DNA of 64,000 nucleotides from Azolla caroliniana (Eukaryota > Plantae > Polypodiophyta), in NCBI GenBank assembly GCA_043228905.1, contig JBHGNT010000022.1, forward strand, positions 6,138,001 through 6,202,000. Direction: 5' to 3'. A model generated the notes under the pieces. It saw only the letters and a program-made list of their open reading frames with translations, was not told where the DNA came from and searched no databases. The position numbers and the translations under genes were made by a program. This document shows, piece after piece, positions 40,208 to 53,700 of the stretch; positions within the stretch are counted from its first letter, which is position 1; each line of letters opens with the position of its first letter.

Positions 40208-43200
40208 TATTATAGATCTAAGTACTAAAGTAAGCTTAAGATAAGGATAAAGAAATGAAAGATAGAAAGGAGAAAGAGAAAGAAGGGTGTTGATCCACCC
40301 GACCACCCTCGAGCGAAGGGATCGAGACGGACTCGAGCCTCAATCGGCGTCCCATACCACCGCCGTGGCGTCGAGTCGTACCTGGTGCTGGCGCGCTCGC
40401 TACAAGAGTTGATCCACCACACGAGCAGAGTCTCGATGTAGTCAAAAGATGATCAAATGAGGGTAGCTAGGCCTCTTATTTATAGAGATACCCAAGGCCC
40501 CCAAGCAAGTTCACACTTGACCTAATGGGTTGTCTCAATCCCGAGGATTAAAAGTAATCCTCCCCTTCTTTACACTCTCGTTTAACCCTCACACTTATCC
40601 ACGTGTATAGAATATTACGGTAAATTCTTACCACGGGATATTATATGGTCATGCCCGTAACATACTCCCCCTCTTTAAAACATTGCACTCTTGCAATGGA
40701 AAGTTAGGGAAGTTAGTTCTAAGAGTATTTTCGCGTTCCCATGTGGCATCTTTTATTGATTTATCCATCCATTTTATTTTAAATTCTCGGATTTCTTTAG
40801 TACGTAATTTTTTTGTTTTAACATCGAGAATTCTTTCTGGTACATGTGGTTTAGAAGATAATTCTTCAGAAGTAACCAGAGTTTCAGTCGTAACTGTATT
40901 GTCGCCAGAACCTAGAAGTTCTTTTAGACGACTCACATGAAAGACTGGATGAATTCCGACACCATCGAGAAGAGCGAGACGATAGGCTAATGACCCAATG
41001 CGTTTGAGGACTGTAAAAGGTCCACAAAACCGTGGGGCTAACTTAGCGCACTTACCCGTAGACAATGTCTTAGAATTGTGAGGTACACGTAAAAATACCT
41101 TCTGTCCAGGGTTGAATACACGAGGTTGCCTATGATGATCGGCATAAAAACGCGCTCTATCTTGAGCTGTTTTTATATTATCTCGTGTAATATGCAACAT
41201 ATCTTGCATATCCTGAAGAAAGTTTTGCGCACTTCACAACTCATCATGATGTATATTAACATCAATCGAGGCTCGTGGCTGAAAACCATACATCAACATA
41301 AAAGGACTATATCCCGTCGACGTATGTTTGGAGCTGTTATAAGCAAACTCCAAAATTGGGAGATAACGTTCCCATTTTGTTGGTTTTGCACCAACGTATG
41401 CTCGAAACATGTCCTCAATAATTTGATTTACTCGTTCTGTCTGTCCATCGGATTGAGGATGATCCGTGGAGCTCATGCTCAACGTAGTTTCTAACTTCTT
41501 AAAGACTTGCGTCCAGAAGTCACTAGTAAACTTTGGATCTCAATCACTCACGATATCCATCGGTAACCCATAAAAACGAAACAATTCGTCAACGAATTGG
41601 TAAGCCAATTCAGGAGCTGTTACCGTGGTTTTAGTAGCAATAAATCTGGCCATTTTAGTTAGTCAATCAACGACAACCCAGATGGCATCATGACCTTTTT
41701 GGGTGCGAGGAAGGCTAACAATAAAATCCATGGATATACTTTCCCACTTATTATTGGGAATGTCCAAGGGATGTAAAAGTCCTACAGCTTTAAGTCGCTC
41801 GGCTTTGTTACCCTGACACTGGTGACATTTAGTCACATAGCTATGTATGTCAGGACGCATCTTAGGCCAATCCAATTGAGTGGAGATGAGAACGAGTGTA
41901 CGATGTATTCCAGGGTGCCCTGCTGAGGGTGCATCATGGCATTCAAAAAGAATCCTCTTTTTGACCTCAGGTAAATCTGGAACACAAACCTTCCCATTAC
42001 GGTAGAGCAAACCATTAGCAATGTGGAAGTATTCCTTCAAGGATGTGGTGGTGTCTGTTCTAGACTCAACTCTTGCCCAGTATTTTGCAAAATAACTGTC
42101 ATCAGGATACTTTCCTCGAAGGTGATCATAAAGATCTGATGATATTTCAGTGAAGCTAAGCGTGTTAACTTCACGGATGCGACTTAGTGCATCAGCGACA
42201 GTGTTCATGGAACCTTTACGATATCGTATGGAAAAATCAAAGTCCTGGATGAGATCAGCCCATCGTGCCTTACGACCTTTCAGGTCTTGTTGGTCACAAA
42301 AATATTTCAAGGACTCGTGGTCCGTAGTTACCACAAAGTGATTTCCATAAAGATAATGGCGCCATGTTTTGAGCGCATGTATAACTGCAAATAATTCCTT
42401 TTCTTGAACGGTATACCGACATTGAGCAGAATCAAGTTTCTTACTCTCGAATGCTATTGGTTTACCATCTTGATACAAGACAACACCTATAGCATAATCG
42501 CTTGCATCGGTTTCAACCTCAAAAGGTTTTGAAGGATCAGGTAAAAGAAGTGAAGGAGCCTTGCAAACCAGGTCCTTGAGTTCCTTAAAGGCAAGGTCTA
42601 GTGTAGCATTCCACACAATAGGTTTTGTAGACTTACGCGTTTGACCTTTTAAAATATCAGTAAACGGCGTCGTCAATTGGGAGTAATTACGAAGAGACTT
42701 TCGCAAAAACCCCACAAAACCAAGGAATGATCGAACTTCTCGAATATTCCGAAGAGTGGGCCAAAGCTTGATTTTCTCAATGCGAGAAGGATCAATTTCA
42801 ACTCCTCGTTCGGTTATGAGATGTCCTAGATAAGTAATTGATTTCTTGAAGAACTCACATTTTGAGATCTTCGCATAAAACTGTTTGTCACGCAATGTTT
42901 GTAAAACAAAGCGGACATGTCTAGCATGTTCTTGTAATGTACGGCTATAAACTAAAATATCATCTAAGAAAATAACGACAAATTTTCCAAGTTGTTCTCG
43001 GAAAATGCCATTCATTTCTTGTTGAAAAGTAGCCGGAGCATTGGTCAAACCAAAAGGCATAACCAAAAACTCGTAATGGCCATAGCGCGTACGAAATGCC
43101 GTTTTAGGAACATCGTCCTCACTTATTCGTATTTGATGGTAGCCAGTACGGAGATCAAGTTTCGTAAAATACCGAGCTCCCTGGAGACGGTCAATTAGAT

Positions 43201-46200
43201 CGTCAGCCCGGGGCAATGGATACGAATTCTTGATCGTCACTTTATTCAAGCGTCGGTAATTAATACACATATGCCATGTGCCCTCTTTCTTTTTAACCAA
43301 GAGAACTGGTGCACCCCATGGAGATTTACTATAACGTATATAACCCATTCGTAAATAGTCCTTGAGTTGCTTAGATACCTCATCTTCTTCGGATCAACTT
43401 AAGCGATACGGAGGTATACTTATTCGTGCAACACCAGGTACAATATCTATACGATGGTCTATATTACGTTTAGGAGGTAACCCATCAGGTAGTTCACTTG
43501 GAAAAACATCATGAAAATCATTTAAGATTTCATCAAGTTGTTGTTGTTCAAAATATGTTAATTGAATCGGGACATTATCGATATTGTAAACATGAATGTC
43601 CGGATCAAGTACACAATAATATAACGTAGAACAAGACAACTCGGATATTGATGGACACGAGGAAACAATCGAGAGGGATTGTTCTTTTACACATTGAATA
43701 AAATGCGTACAATCGTTCAGTACAAAAGAAATGGAATGACGAACCCAATCAATAAATAAAGAAGAGTTTTTATTATAAAACCAGGGATAACCCAGTATTA
43801 CATCGGTGGTACAAAGATTCATTACATGGAAGTCTACTTCCTCTATATAAGTATCAATAGAAATTCCTAATGAATGAATCGCCCCGTTGATGTATTGTAC
43901 TCTTCCATCAGCCAAGTGCACCGTGTAGGTGTGATCACTTACGGTGGGTTGGATTCCCCATATCTGAACCAAACGATCATTCACAAAATTGTGTGAGCTT
44001 CCCGAATCAAATAAAAATTGTACGGGAGATCCATTGATATACCCGTTTGCACGTAGTAAATCATTGGGACCCAATACATAGTGAGGGAAAGAACATTGAC
44101 AATTACTTAAATGGTGTGTATAGACCTGAAGGACATTAGGAATCTGACCTTTATGGTCTGCAACTTTAGCTTTGTTGTCGTGCTCTTTTCGTTGGAGCTT
44201 TCGACATTGATCTTTTGTATGACCCTTCTTTTTGCAGAATACACAAAAAGGATGTTGTCGCTTACAATCGCGATCCAGGAATTCGTTGGGTGTCTTGCGT
44301 TTCCCAACAAATTGCGACTGCTTAGTCCCGGGCGCTTCGTTGGGTTTGTTATGGTCCTTCTTCGAAGTGCGTTGATAGCGAATAACTATTTCAACAGCCT
44401 CTTCGAAGGATTTTGGATCCTTATCGTGCACTATCCAGTGATAGTCCGAATTGGGGATGCCATTGACAAAACAAGCTATCAACCAATTGTCCCCTTCTAG
44501 ACCCGATTTTTGGATTTGGGTTCTAGCATGGTGAACATAGTCTTCTAGCGAGGAAAATTTCCTACTAGAGAGGTTCATTGAAGCTTGTGCTGCCTCGGTT
44601 CGAGAGGGAGGTTGCAGAAATTGGCCCTTAAAAACCGTGACAAAATCTGTCCAGGTATCAGGCAATTTCCCCATAGTACGGAGGCCACGCCACCAGGCGG
44701 CGGCGTTACCCCCGAGTTCTCGGCCGACATATGCAATCTTCGTACTATCTGGCGTGGGATAGAGCTCAAAATGAGACTCTCATCGTCCCAGCCATGTGCA
44801 GATTGCTTCTTCGGTTCTTTCCTTTTTGTCTCCAGTAAATGGCTTAACGACAAATGATGGTTCACCTTGTCGCTCATCAGGTCTATTAGTCTCACGTTGT
44901 AGACTAATGACACGTGCCTCAAGAGCACTTTGAGATTGCCGAAGTTCGGTCATCTGTTGAGCGGTGAAACTAAGGTATTGGGTTATTTGTGCCAAATACA
45001 TCTCAGTGGACATTTGTCGAGGAGGATTCCCTTGAGTTCCTTCCGCTTGAGCGGATGACATCGGGTCGTTAATTTGAGCCATTAAAGATTATTTCTGGAA
45101 AAGAAATAGGATAAGGTCAGAGATATAGTCATAACATCATGTCGTGATGTAAACATATCATGGGCGAGCATTAATCGATATCATTATCTCACGTCAATAC
45201 CCCTCTAGACGTATGAGATGAGGTTCAAGATCAGGTTACTATGGTAACACAAAGGTGTTTTAAAAACCATGGGGGTGACAAATAAATGTCTTTCCCTGAT
45301 CTCTATATCAATTTTTTCATGGTGGCTCCCCGAGGCTCAACCATGTATGTTCGCGTCATGAATAGTTTATACACGAAAAAAATGTTAACAATAAACTATG
45401 TTTCGGTGCCCACATAAGTGGTTTCGGCTCTTTAAGTCCTATTATGAGGACCCCGAGGTGCACTTAGACCTTAAGTCTAAACATGTGTTATAGTCATATG
45501 TATCAAGGATGTTGTATGGTCTTGGTCATATTTGAACTCGAGACCTCGAGAACAAATACATTAAACACTTGAGCCAACCAAGTAAGTTGCTCTTCTCGAA
45601 TGCTTAATGTTTGATGCGTATAAGAGATATGCGAGGCAATTGATCATATATGTTTTTTTAAAAGAACATATATGTCAAGGGTCCTTATTTCGCCCTCATT
45701 TACCAAAACTATGTTGGTACGTTACATAACCTCAAGTCTTGTAATTACGATGGCATACGCCAAAGTGCAACCTAATGGTCAAGCCAAATGAGCCCTCGTT
45801 TCGTAGTAGGCTCACGTGGGCCATCACATGGTCACGTCATTACGAATGCCTCTCGTAAGAACGAGCTCATGGTGGCATCGTATCCATGTAACGAGGGAGG
45901 GATGTTGGATACGTGCGTCATTGGAGCGACCTCACTTGAATTGGGTCAAGCCCTACGTACTCAACATCATTTTGGCTATTGGCATTTCTTTACGTAACGA
46001 AATCGAGGTCGTCAACGGGGTTATCAACAATATAAAAAATGTTGAAAAAGGGATGGTGACAACGCCATTCTCACAAAAATGTGAGGACGGCCACCAACAT
46101 CCTTTTCCCGACAAGGACAACTTTCGATATAATCACGTAATAACGAATATACACATATGTTTACTTATCACATATATACGATCAAATACGTATATATGTG

Positions 46201-47242
46201 ACCACATATGCCTATATTAAACATATCGTTATATTAAGTAGCCACAAATGATGTGATCGAGATACGTAATCGAGGTATATACCTCTACGCACACGAAACA
46301 TCCACAAATAAGAGATCATCGTAATACACAATGGAGGTATTGACCTCTTACGCATACGAGACCAAACGCATATCGTTTACAACAAATCAAGGTATTAAAC
46401 TCATATGCAAACGTAACATATGTTCGTGAACGTAATACGTAATTGAGGTATTAACCTTGTACGCATACGACACTCATCACATATTATTAAAATGTCAAAC
46501 GAGGTATTGACCTCGTGCACCAATACCTCGTGCACATATGTAAACGTTTTAGATAATCAATTAAAGACCACTACAACATCATTGACTTAATGAAAAAAAA
46601 TTACATATAAACTAAACACATGATTAGATGGGAGAAGAGAGAATAGAAAGAAAAATTATGGAAAGAGTTACCGAAGTTCTTTGTTGATCGTTGTCTGGAT
46701 CAAGGCCAACCGCACAACGATCGATCAGCATCAATCAAAAGACAAATGAAAAACAAAGAAACATTAGTACAAAAATCTGATACCAAATAGTATAGATCTA
46801 AGTACTAAAGTAAGCTTAAGATAAGGATAAAGAAATGAAAGATAGAAAGGAGAAAGAGAAAGAAGGGTGCCGATCCACCCGACCACCCCCGAGCGAAGGG
46901 ATCGAGACGGACTCGAGCCTCAATCGGCGTCCCATACCACTGTCGTGGCGTCGAGTCGTACCTAGTGCTGGCGCGCTCGCTACAAGAGTTGACCCACCAC
47001 ACGAGCAGAGTCTCGATGTAGTCAAAAGATGATCAAATGAGGGTAGCTAGGCCTCTTATTTATAGCGATACCCAAGGCCCCCAAGCAAGTTCACACTTGA
47101 CCTAATGGGTTGTCTCAATCCCGAGGATTAAAAGTAATCCTCCCCTTCTTTACACTCTCGTTTAACCCTCACACTTATCCACGTGTATAGAATACTACGG
47201 TAAATTTTTACCACGGGATATTATATGGTCATGCCCGTAACA
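40208..47242 (-). mobile_element. Full-length Ty3/gypsy chromovirus with TG...TA LTRs
   Basis: 455-bp LTRs 46788-47242 and 40208-40662. TSD CTTTG. PBS TGGTATCAGA (46776-46785). PPT AAAGAGGGGGAG. Gag-PR 45082-43394. RT-RH-INT 43348-41234. Chromodomain (PERILD..IKW..DATWE) ends at 40649. A few stops and frameshifts. Confidence 0.95.
40649..45082 (-). pseudogene. Gag-pol polyprotein with chromodomain, lightly disrupted
   Basis: [73 protein letters not shown]. Confidence 0.92.
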
Positions 47243-49299
47243 CTTTGTGTGAGAGCCAAACTGTGATGGAGATCTCCACACTACCCCTTGAGAGGAAGTC
47301 TATCTATTTCTCTTTCCCATAACCCTAAACTTCTTGCTTTCTCTTGGTTGTTCAGTGTGATCAGGGAGCACAAGGTTTCTGTCCCGCATATGTGTGTTAC
47401 TCTTACAAAATGATTTCTGATTTTGCTTCTTCATTAACTACTACATAAGCAAGTTACTATTGTGATTCTAATTTTCATTGTCTTGGATCATCATCTCATC
47501 CAACTACCTACACCCCCTTACTGGTTCTCTTCTCGCTTTAAAGATCAACATGCAAGATCATTTTACCTTGCTGCAACACGTTGCTAACACAAGTTGTATT
47601 TTGGTCATCGTCGAAGGAGACAGACTTAGTCATTCAGACCCATGGTATATCCCTCTCCTTCTCTTCCTATATTCTTGTGTGTAATCAATGTCAATGGCCT
47701 CGTCTTCAGCAGTAAAGCAGAAAAGATGAACTCTTTCCTATTCGGACCTATGCCTTTTACAAAAACGAGGGTAGTATCTAGGTGTGGACATGGCGGCCTT
47801 CATCCTTATGCTATTGTGGGTAATCAACTATTGCCTCTTCTATCAACCTCTATCACTCTCACATGTGGTAATCAACAAGTACAAAATGGGATCAAACTAC
47901 AAGTCTTTCAACATCGATTGCATAGGGTGTGTGGCATATCTCCTATCAGTGGACATGATGAAGAACCTGTTATTCTATCAATAGAGAAACATATGCACTC
48001 ATTGTGAGCTCTGACAACATGCCAGGGCTCAGGGATGGCCAACAACCGAGTAACGGCTGAGAGACGAGACGATCGACGAATGAAAAAGGCCGACAGACGG
48101 CCAAAAAACCGGTGTCTAGCAACCATAGATGACACCAGATAGCGGCGACCGTTGTACAACGGATGGACCCGGACCGGTCAGGAGCGGCGGCCAACAGATA
48201 GACGGCGACAGTCAGTGCCAACAGCCAACCGGACAGCCGGTCCGGCTAGGCGTTCATATAACCGGCCAGACCGAGTACGGCCGAGGGATGCGTGGCTGAG
48301 AGTACGGCCAAGTGATGGCCGAGAAACGACGGCCAAGACTCGCGGCAAAGAATATGGCCGAGATGCGCAGTCGAGAGTATGGCCAAACAGCCACTCAAGA
48401 GAGACGACCAATGGGCCAGATGACCAAAAAGACACTGGCCAAACAGAGACGACCACCGACGACTCAGCTGGCCGAACTGAGAGATGGCCATCGGACAGCT
48501 GGCGACGACGACAATAGACAGTCGACAGATGACCAACGGACAGGCACGACCGACGGCCGACAAACATAAACGACCTAAACAGACATAGACACAGACACAG
48601 ACTCAGACACAGACCAAGACAGAGTAGAGAGAGAGCTCCACCGAGCTCTGCAATGGCTAAAGAAGGAGAAACGGAAGAAAGGAAGGAGAAGAACGCAGGA
48701 AGAAGACAGAGACAGAGAAGAAAACAGAAAGGAAGAAAAAGACAAAGAAGTAAAGGAAAAGCTTGAGGGTGGGATAAAAATTACAATAATAATGCGAGGG
48801 CATGCAACTGAACTTCAGAAACCCAAGGGCAGAGAGGAAAATTTCAATAATTCGAGGGCATACCATCGACTTTCAGAAGCTCAAGTGTAGGAGAGAAAAT
48901 TTCAAAAGCTCAAGGGCATGAAGTGAGATTTCAAAAAGTGAAGGGCAGACTGCAGAATTTTGAAAACTCAAGGGCTAAAAATAAAAATTTCAAAAAAAAA
49001 AAACAAAAAAACTTGAGGGTAAAACTTTGATAGACCAAGGTGTATAAAACATAAAACCCAACTCACATGAATGAACTAGAGAATACACAAACGCACAACA
49101 CGATTTCACGACCCATGCCACATTGAACTAGCCGATTGGTGTATGATCCAATCGCGACTTGTGTTGACCGAACGAGAAGGTTCGAGTCAAGCAAAGCTCC
49201 AATCGAAGTTATTGATCGTAGAGCAGTGATCCGGTCGAGGGATTTTCAACCATTGAGACGACCGATGGAGTTCCAGTCGAGAAGAGTTGCCATGGCGAG

Positions 49300-49338
49300 T
49301 GGGTTCACCGTGCAATGCATTGTCCCACAGGCATGCCA
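49300..49338 (+). other. tRNA-3'-end-like motif replacing the PPT
   Basis: GTGGGTTCACCGTGCAATGCATTGTCCCACAGGCATGCCA-TG-[TGTTACC LTR at 49341]. Confidence 0.75.
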
Positions 49339-50730
49339 TGTGTTACCCGTAACAATATACAAGAAAGCATAAGGGTATGTGTAATGATGTGGTTGATGTG
49401 TATGTGTAAAGTAAATGAGTGTGTGAGGATGAGTATGTGTATGGAAACATGCACAATTATGTGCATGTGTACAAGAATGTGTAATGGTCTTATTTATAAC
49501 GGTCATGTAACCGTTACATTGGATGTATTATATAAACCCCCTATGGGGTATGTAATGAATAACCTTTTTCCCCTCTCACATTGTGTCATTTTCTATTTCC
49601 CTCTCTCTCTAGCTCTCTCACTATCGTAACCCCCTTGGGAGGGGGGTGAAGCCATTCTAGGCTTCACCCCCCACCCAACAACAAGATGATGGAGGCAACC
49701 CGAGTGAAGAATAAAATTCGATTCGACAAGACGCATCGACTGCGTCCCAAGAAGATCGAAGGAGATCATTGGGTATTGGTCTACGATAGCAGCCTTGACA
49801 ATCAACACATGACAACAAGGAAGTTCACAAGAAGATGGTTTAGACCATATGTGGTGACAAGTGCCAACAACAATGCCACATACCACCCTACAAAGCTAGA
49901 CGAATCAAGGTTGACCGTGCCCATTGCGGGAAAAAGAGTAAAGATTTTCAAGAAAAGACAAGACGAGGATCCTGACCTCGATCACCTCGACGATGAAGAT
50001 AGTAGAACTGAACCTACAAACTAGAGTTATGTGAACGAGGACATGGAGGAATGTAATTGAACACCATAGCCAAAATCTCACACTCTCTCCTCTTAGCACG
50101 TACCGGACGACATGCAGTTTGGTGGGGGTACATGTCGTGAAGATTTTCGGCGATAATGTGAAAATTGTGAGGAACATACAAAATTGAGTGTGGTTCTTCT
50201 CACAAGATATGAAACAATAATAGTAAAGATACTATCTTAAATAAGTTTAATATCTCGGTAGGAAAAGATGGAGGTCTTCAAGAGCTTTCGAATGCACTTT
50301 ACTACATAAGAAACAGACAACTAAGTGTCAAGTTATATGGGTATGAAGATTGCGAAGAAGAAGAGAAAAACAAAATTGTGAGATATCCCACATAGACAAG
50401 ACAAATAAGGATCCCAGAGTATATAAGCAGAGCAATATCTCTTCATAATATATCTTTGTGTCTTGAGCATAGAAAGGTTGAGCTGTATGGCTTGACAAAT
50501 GGATGTAGCCAAGTCAATTAGTTCTGGATGGAACCGAACAGGCGGACAGGCGGACGGAATCGGACGGCGACGGAACTGGAATAGGTGATCGGACAGCTAC
50601 GGAACCGGATCGGGATGCGGAACCGGACCGGACGGGAAGATTTATCGCGACGCACGATGTCTTGAAGTTTTCCAATGTGAAACACGAAGAAAATAGTCTA
50701 GTTCTTTGGAGGTCAAGTGAAGGTGTAATA

Positions 50731-53700
50731 TGTGAAAAACAGAGACAGGGAGAAAGAAGAATGATTTCTGAGTTTTCTATATTCTGGTTGTTCTTCTCTC
50801 TTCATTAGAGAGAAGCGTGTGTTGTTTTAATACAAGATTTATGTGACTCTTCATATCAAGAGTCATAACTGTTTATTTTTGTTATTTTTACAATTTTATT
50901 CTTTTCCTTATTTTCCAACACTCCTCCCTAAGGAAAATAATCAAAATTCTAAGCTTTGATCTTCGGCTTTTGTATGATTGAGTAGTCCAATGTTTTTGCA
51001 ACATTGTAGATGTTTATGACTTGCTACTGGCTTTGTTAAGAAATCTGCCCACATCAAAGTTGATGGCATAAACTTTATGTTGATCTTCTTTTCTTCAATC
51101 ATGTCTCTTAAGAAATGATGCTTAAAAGATATGTGACGTATGTTGTCGCTGATTCTTGGGTTGCTTGCCAACTTCAAGCATGACTGATTGTCACAGTAGA
51201 TTTCTATTGGTTTTTCTTCGTCAAAGTTTATTTCTTCTAATATGGCTTTTAGCCAAATTCCTTCTTTTGCAGCTAGGGTAGCGGCAACATATTCCGCTTC
51301 TGTCGAAGATAGTGAAACCGTAGCTTGTTTTTTCGATCTCCACGCAATCGCTCCTCCGGCAAAGGTGTAGACATAGCCACTTGTGGATTTTCGGTCATCC
51401 ACATCTCCTCCCCAGTCGGCGTCGGTCCATCCATGAAGCGTAGTTGAGGGGTTCATCCATCCACACAAGTTTGATTGGATTGACGCCGAATGCATGGATT
51501 GAAAAGTAAGACACAAGTGTTTAGTATGTTTAAGATATCTAAGAATTCTCTTAAGTGCTTGCCAATGTTTTGGACCAGGGTTTGTCATAAAACGTGATAG
51601 TAATCCTGTACTAAAGCATAAGTCTGGTCTCGTGCTGCTAACTAGATATCGTATGGAGCCTATTACTTGTCTATATGGAATGTTTTCCATTTCAGTTTCT
51701 TCTATGAGTGATTTTGGGCTATCTTCGATGGACAACTTAAGTGTGGTAGGGAGTGGGGTAGATATGGGTTTGCAATGTTCCATATTAAAACGTTTTAGAA
51801 TATTATCAATGTATCGAGATTGTGAGAGTGAGATTTGTCCTAGACTTGTATTTCTTTTTACTTCTATTCCTAGAAAATAGGTCATGGGTCCAAGATCGGT
51901 GATAGGAAAGGCTGATTTCAACTCTTGTTTACAAAGATTTAAATAAGATAGAGAATTTGATAATAAGGGAAAATCGTCCACATATACTCCTAATATGATG
52001 AAGTTGGATGCCGATTTTCTAAGATATATGTTAGGTTCACTTTTAAGTCTACAATAGCCACATTTTATTAGAAAAGTGTGGAGACGATAGTACCAGGCTC
52101 GGGGTGATTGTCGTAGGCCGTAGATAGACTTCCGAAGTTTGCAGACGTGTGTTGGAAATTGTGTATTTTGAAAATACGGGGGTTGCGCCATATAGACCTC
52201 TTCTTCAAGGTCACCATGTAAAAACGCGGTTTGAACGTCCAAGTGATGAAGCTCAAGCTTTTTAGCCGCAGCGATGGCCACAAGTAGTCGAAAAGATGTT
52301 ATTCTGAGTGTGGGACTAAAAGTATCTGTGAAGTCTATTCCGGGTACTTGTGTGAAACCTCGAGCAACTAGTCTTGCTTTGAAACGGACAGGTTGTCCTT
52401 GGGGGTCATACTTTATTCGGAGTACCCACTTGCAAGTGATGATTTTACGGTCGGTGGGTTTTTCCACTAGGTCCCATGTTTTATTTTTTGTGAGGGAATG
52501 CATTTCATCTTTCATTGCGGTTATCCAGTGATCTGCATTTTGGCTTTGAAGTGCTTCTTCGACGTTGGTAGGTTCTTCAAAATCGGTATGTGGGCTATCT
52601 ATGTCGTCGAGGTTGGATGTATGCCCCGTGTCGAGATCGCTAAAATGACACTCTAGTTCGTCTAATTCTTGGTAGATGTCCGATAGTTTTCTTAAACGTC
52701 TAGGAGGTGTAGTGTCAGTGTTAGGGATGGGCTGATGTTTAGTTTGTGGAGTGTGTGGAGAGTTGAAGTCGTTGAAAATCTTTGGGTTTGACAGAATAGG
52801 TGGGTGCCCAATGTTTGAGTGGTCATTTCTGTTGTGGGAACTGAGTGAAGGATGCGGGATTGGTGACGTGATTTTCAGGTTCCGGCTGTGTAGGTTAGCG
52901 ATGGGCTGTTCAGAAAAATCGCGATGGTCTATCTGTGTCGGTCGCACGAGGCCGTGACTGTCTTTTCCATCCTCGTCAGAAGACCTGGTTCTGTAGGTAG
53001 TAGAGGATGAAGCCTCATCATTTTCAGGCAGGGGCGACTGTGGGCGAGGGTTAAGCAAGCGTGCAGAGGATGGAGTTAGTCGGATATGATCATCTTTCTT
53101 GGCCTGTTGTGATGGAGAGTTTCGGACAGGTCGCTTTGCCGAGGTAAATTTCTGATTTTTGTTCACATTATTATTGTCTTCACAGAAGGAGGACGATTGT
53201 GCATCATGTGATGAGTTTGTTTGGGTGTCCAAAAACGTGGAGTCATATTCATCATCAGAAGAATGATGATGTGAGGGTGCTGTCAGGCTGAGAGAAATTG
53301 AGGATGGTGTGGCGGCTATACTAGAGAAGCCGTGATGCGGATCATGTAGAGAGTGTTCGTCAAGTTGTATTGGCCAGGAGGTGACATTACCTTGATGGTG
53401 TTTATCTGTTTCTGTGTTTGTTAAGTAATTGTTGGGACTCTTATGTTGTTGAAGAATGTTATCTTCATCAAATAGGACACTTCTACTGAAAAAAAATGTG
53501 TTTGTATCAGGGTTATATAGGCGATAGGCTTTGTAACCATGGGCGTCGCCATAGCCGACGAAGATTGCTTTCTTGGCTTTTGTGTCAAGTTTCTTTCTTT
53601 TGGTGTCTGGTATGTGAGCAAATGCAGGACAACCGAATATTTTCAGATTTTGGAGGTGTGGTTTATATCCATACCAGAGTTCGAATGGGGTGAGGAAGCC

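Larger units (their letters stand above)
39704..49683 (+). mobile_element. Complete non-autonomous LTR retroelement (about 2.3 kb non-coding interior) lacking a PPT
   Basis: 343-bp near-identical LTRs 39704-40046 and 49341-49683. Perfect TSD AGATG. PBS TGGCACGC at 40051. No gag/pol in 40047-40207 or 47243-49340. Confidence 0.92.

Noticed and set aside
47642-48570. Protein-coding genes in the non-autonomous element interior
   Set aside because: Short ORFs with no recognisable motifs; the GC-rich part is low-complexity GGCC/CGAC sequence. It may be captured sequence, but I cannot identify it.
49129-49190. Pol III A/B-box gene (TAGCCGATTGG...GGTTCGAGTC)
   Set aside because: The boxes are not preserved in the homologous copy at 16420-16480, whereas the hairpins are.
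39704-49683. Retrozyme (hammerhead ribozyme in the LTRs of a non-autonomous element)
   Set aside because: No CUGAnGA...GAAA core with suitable stems was found by eye in the LTRs.
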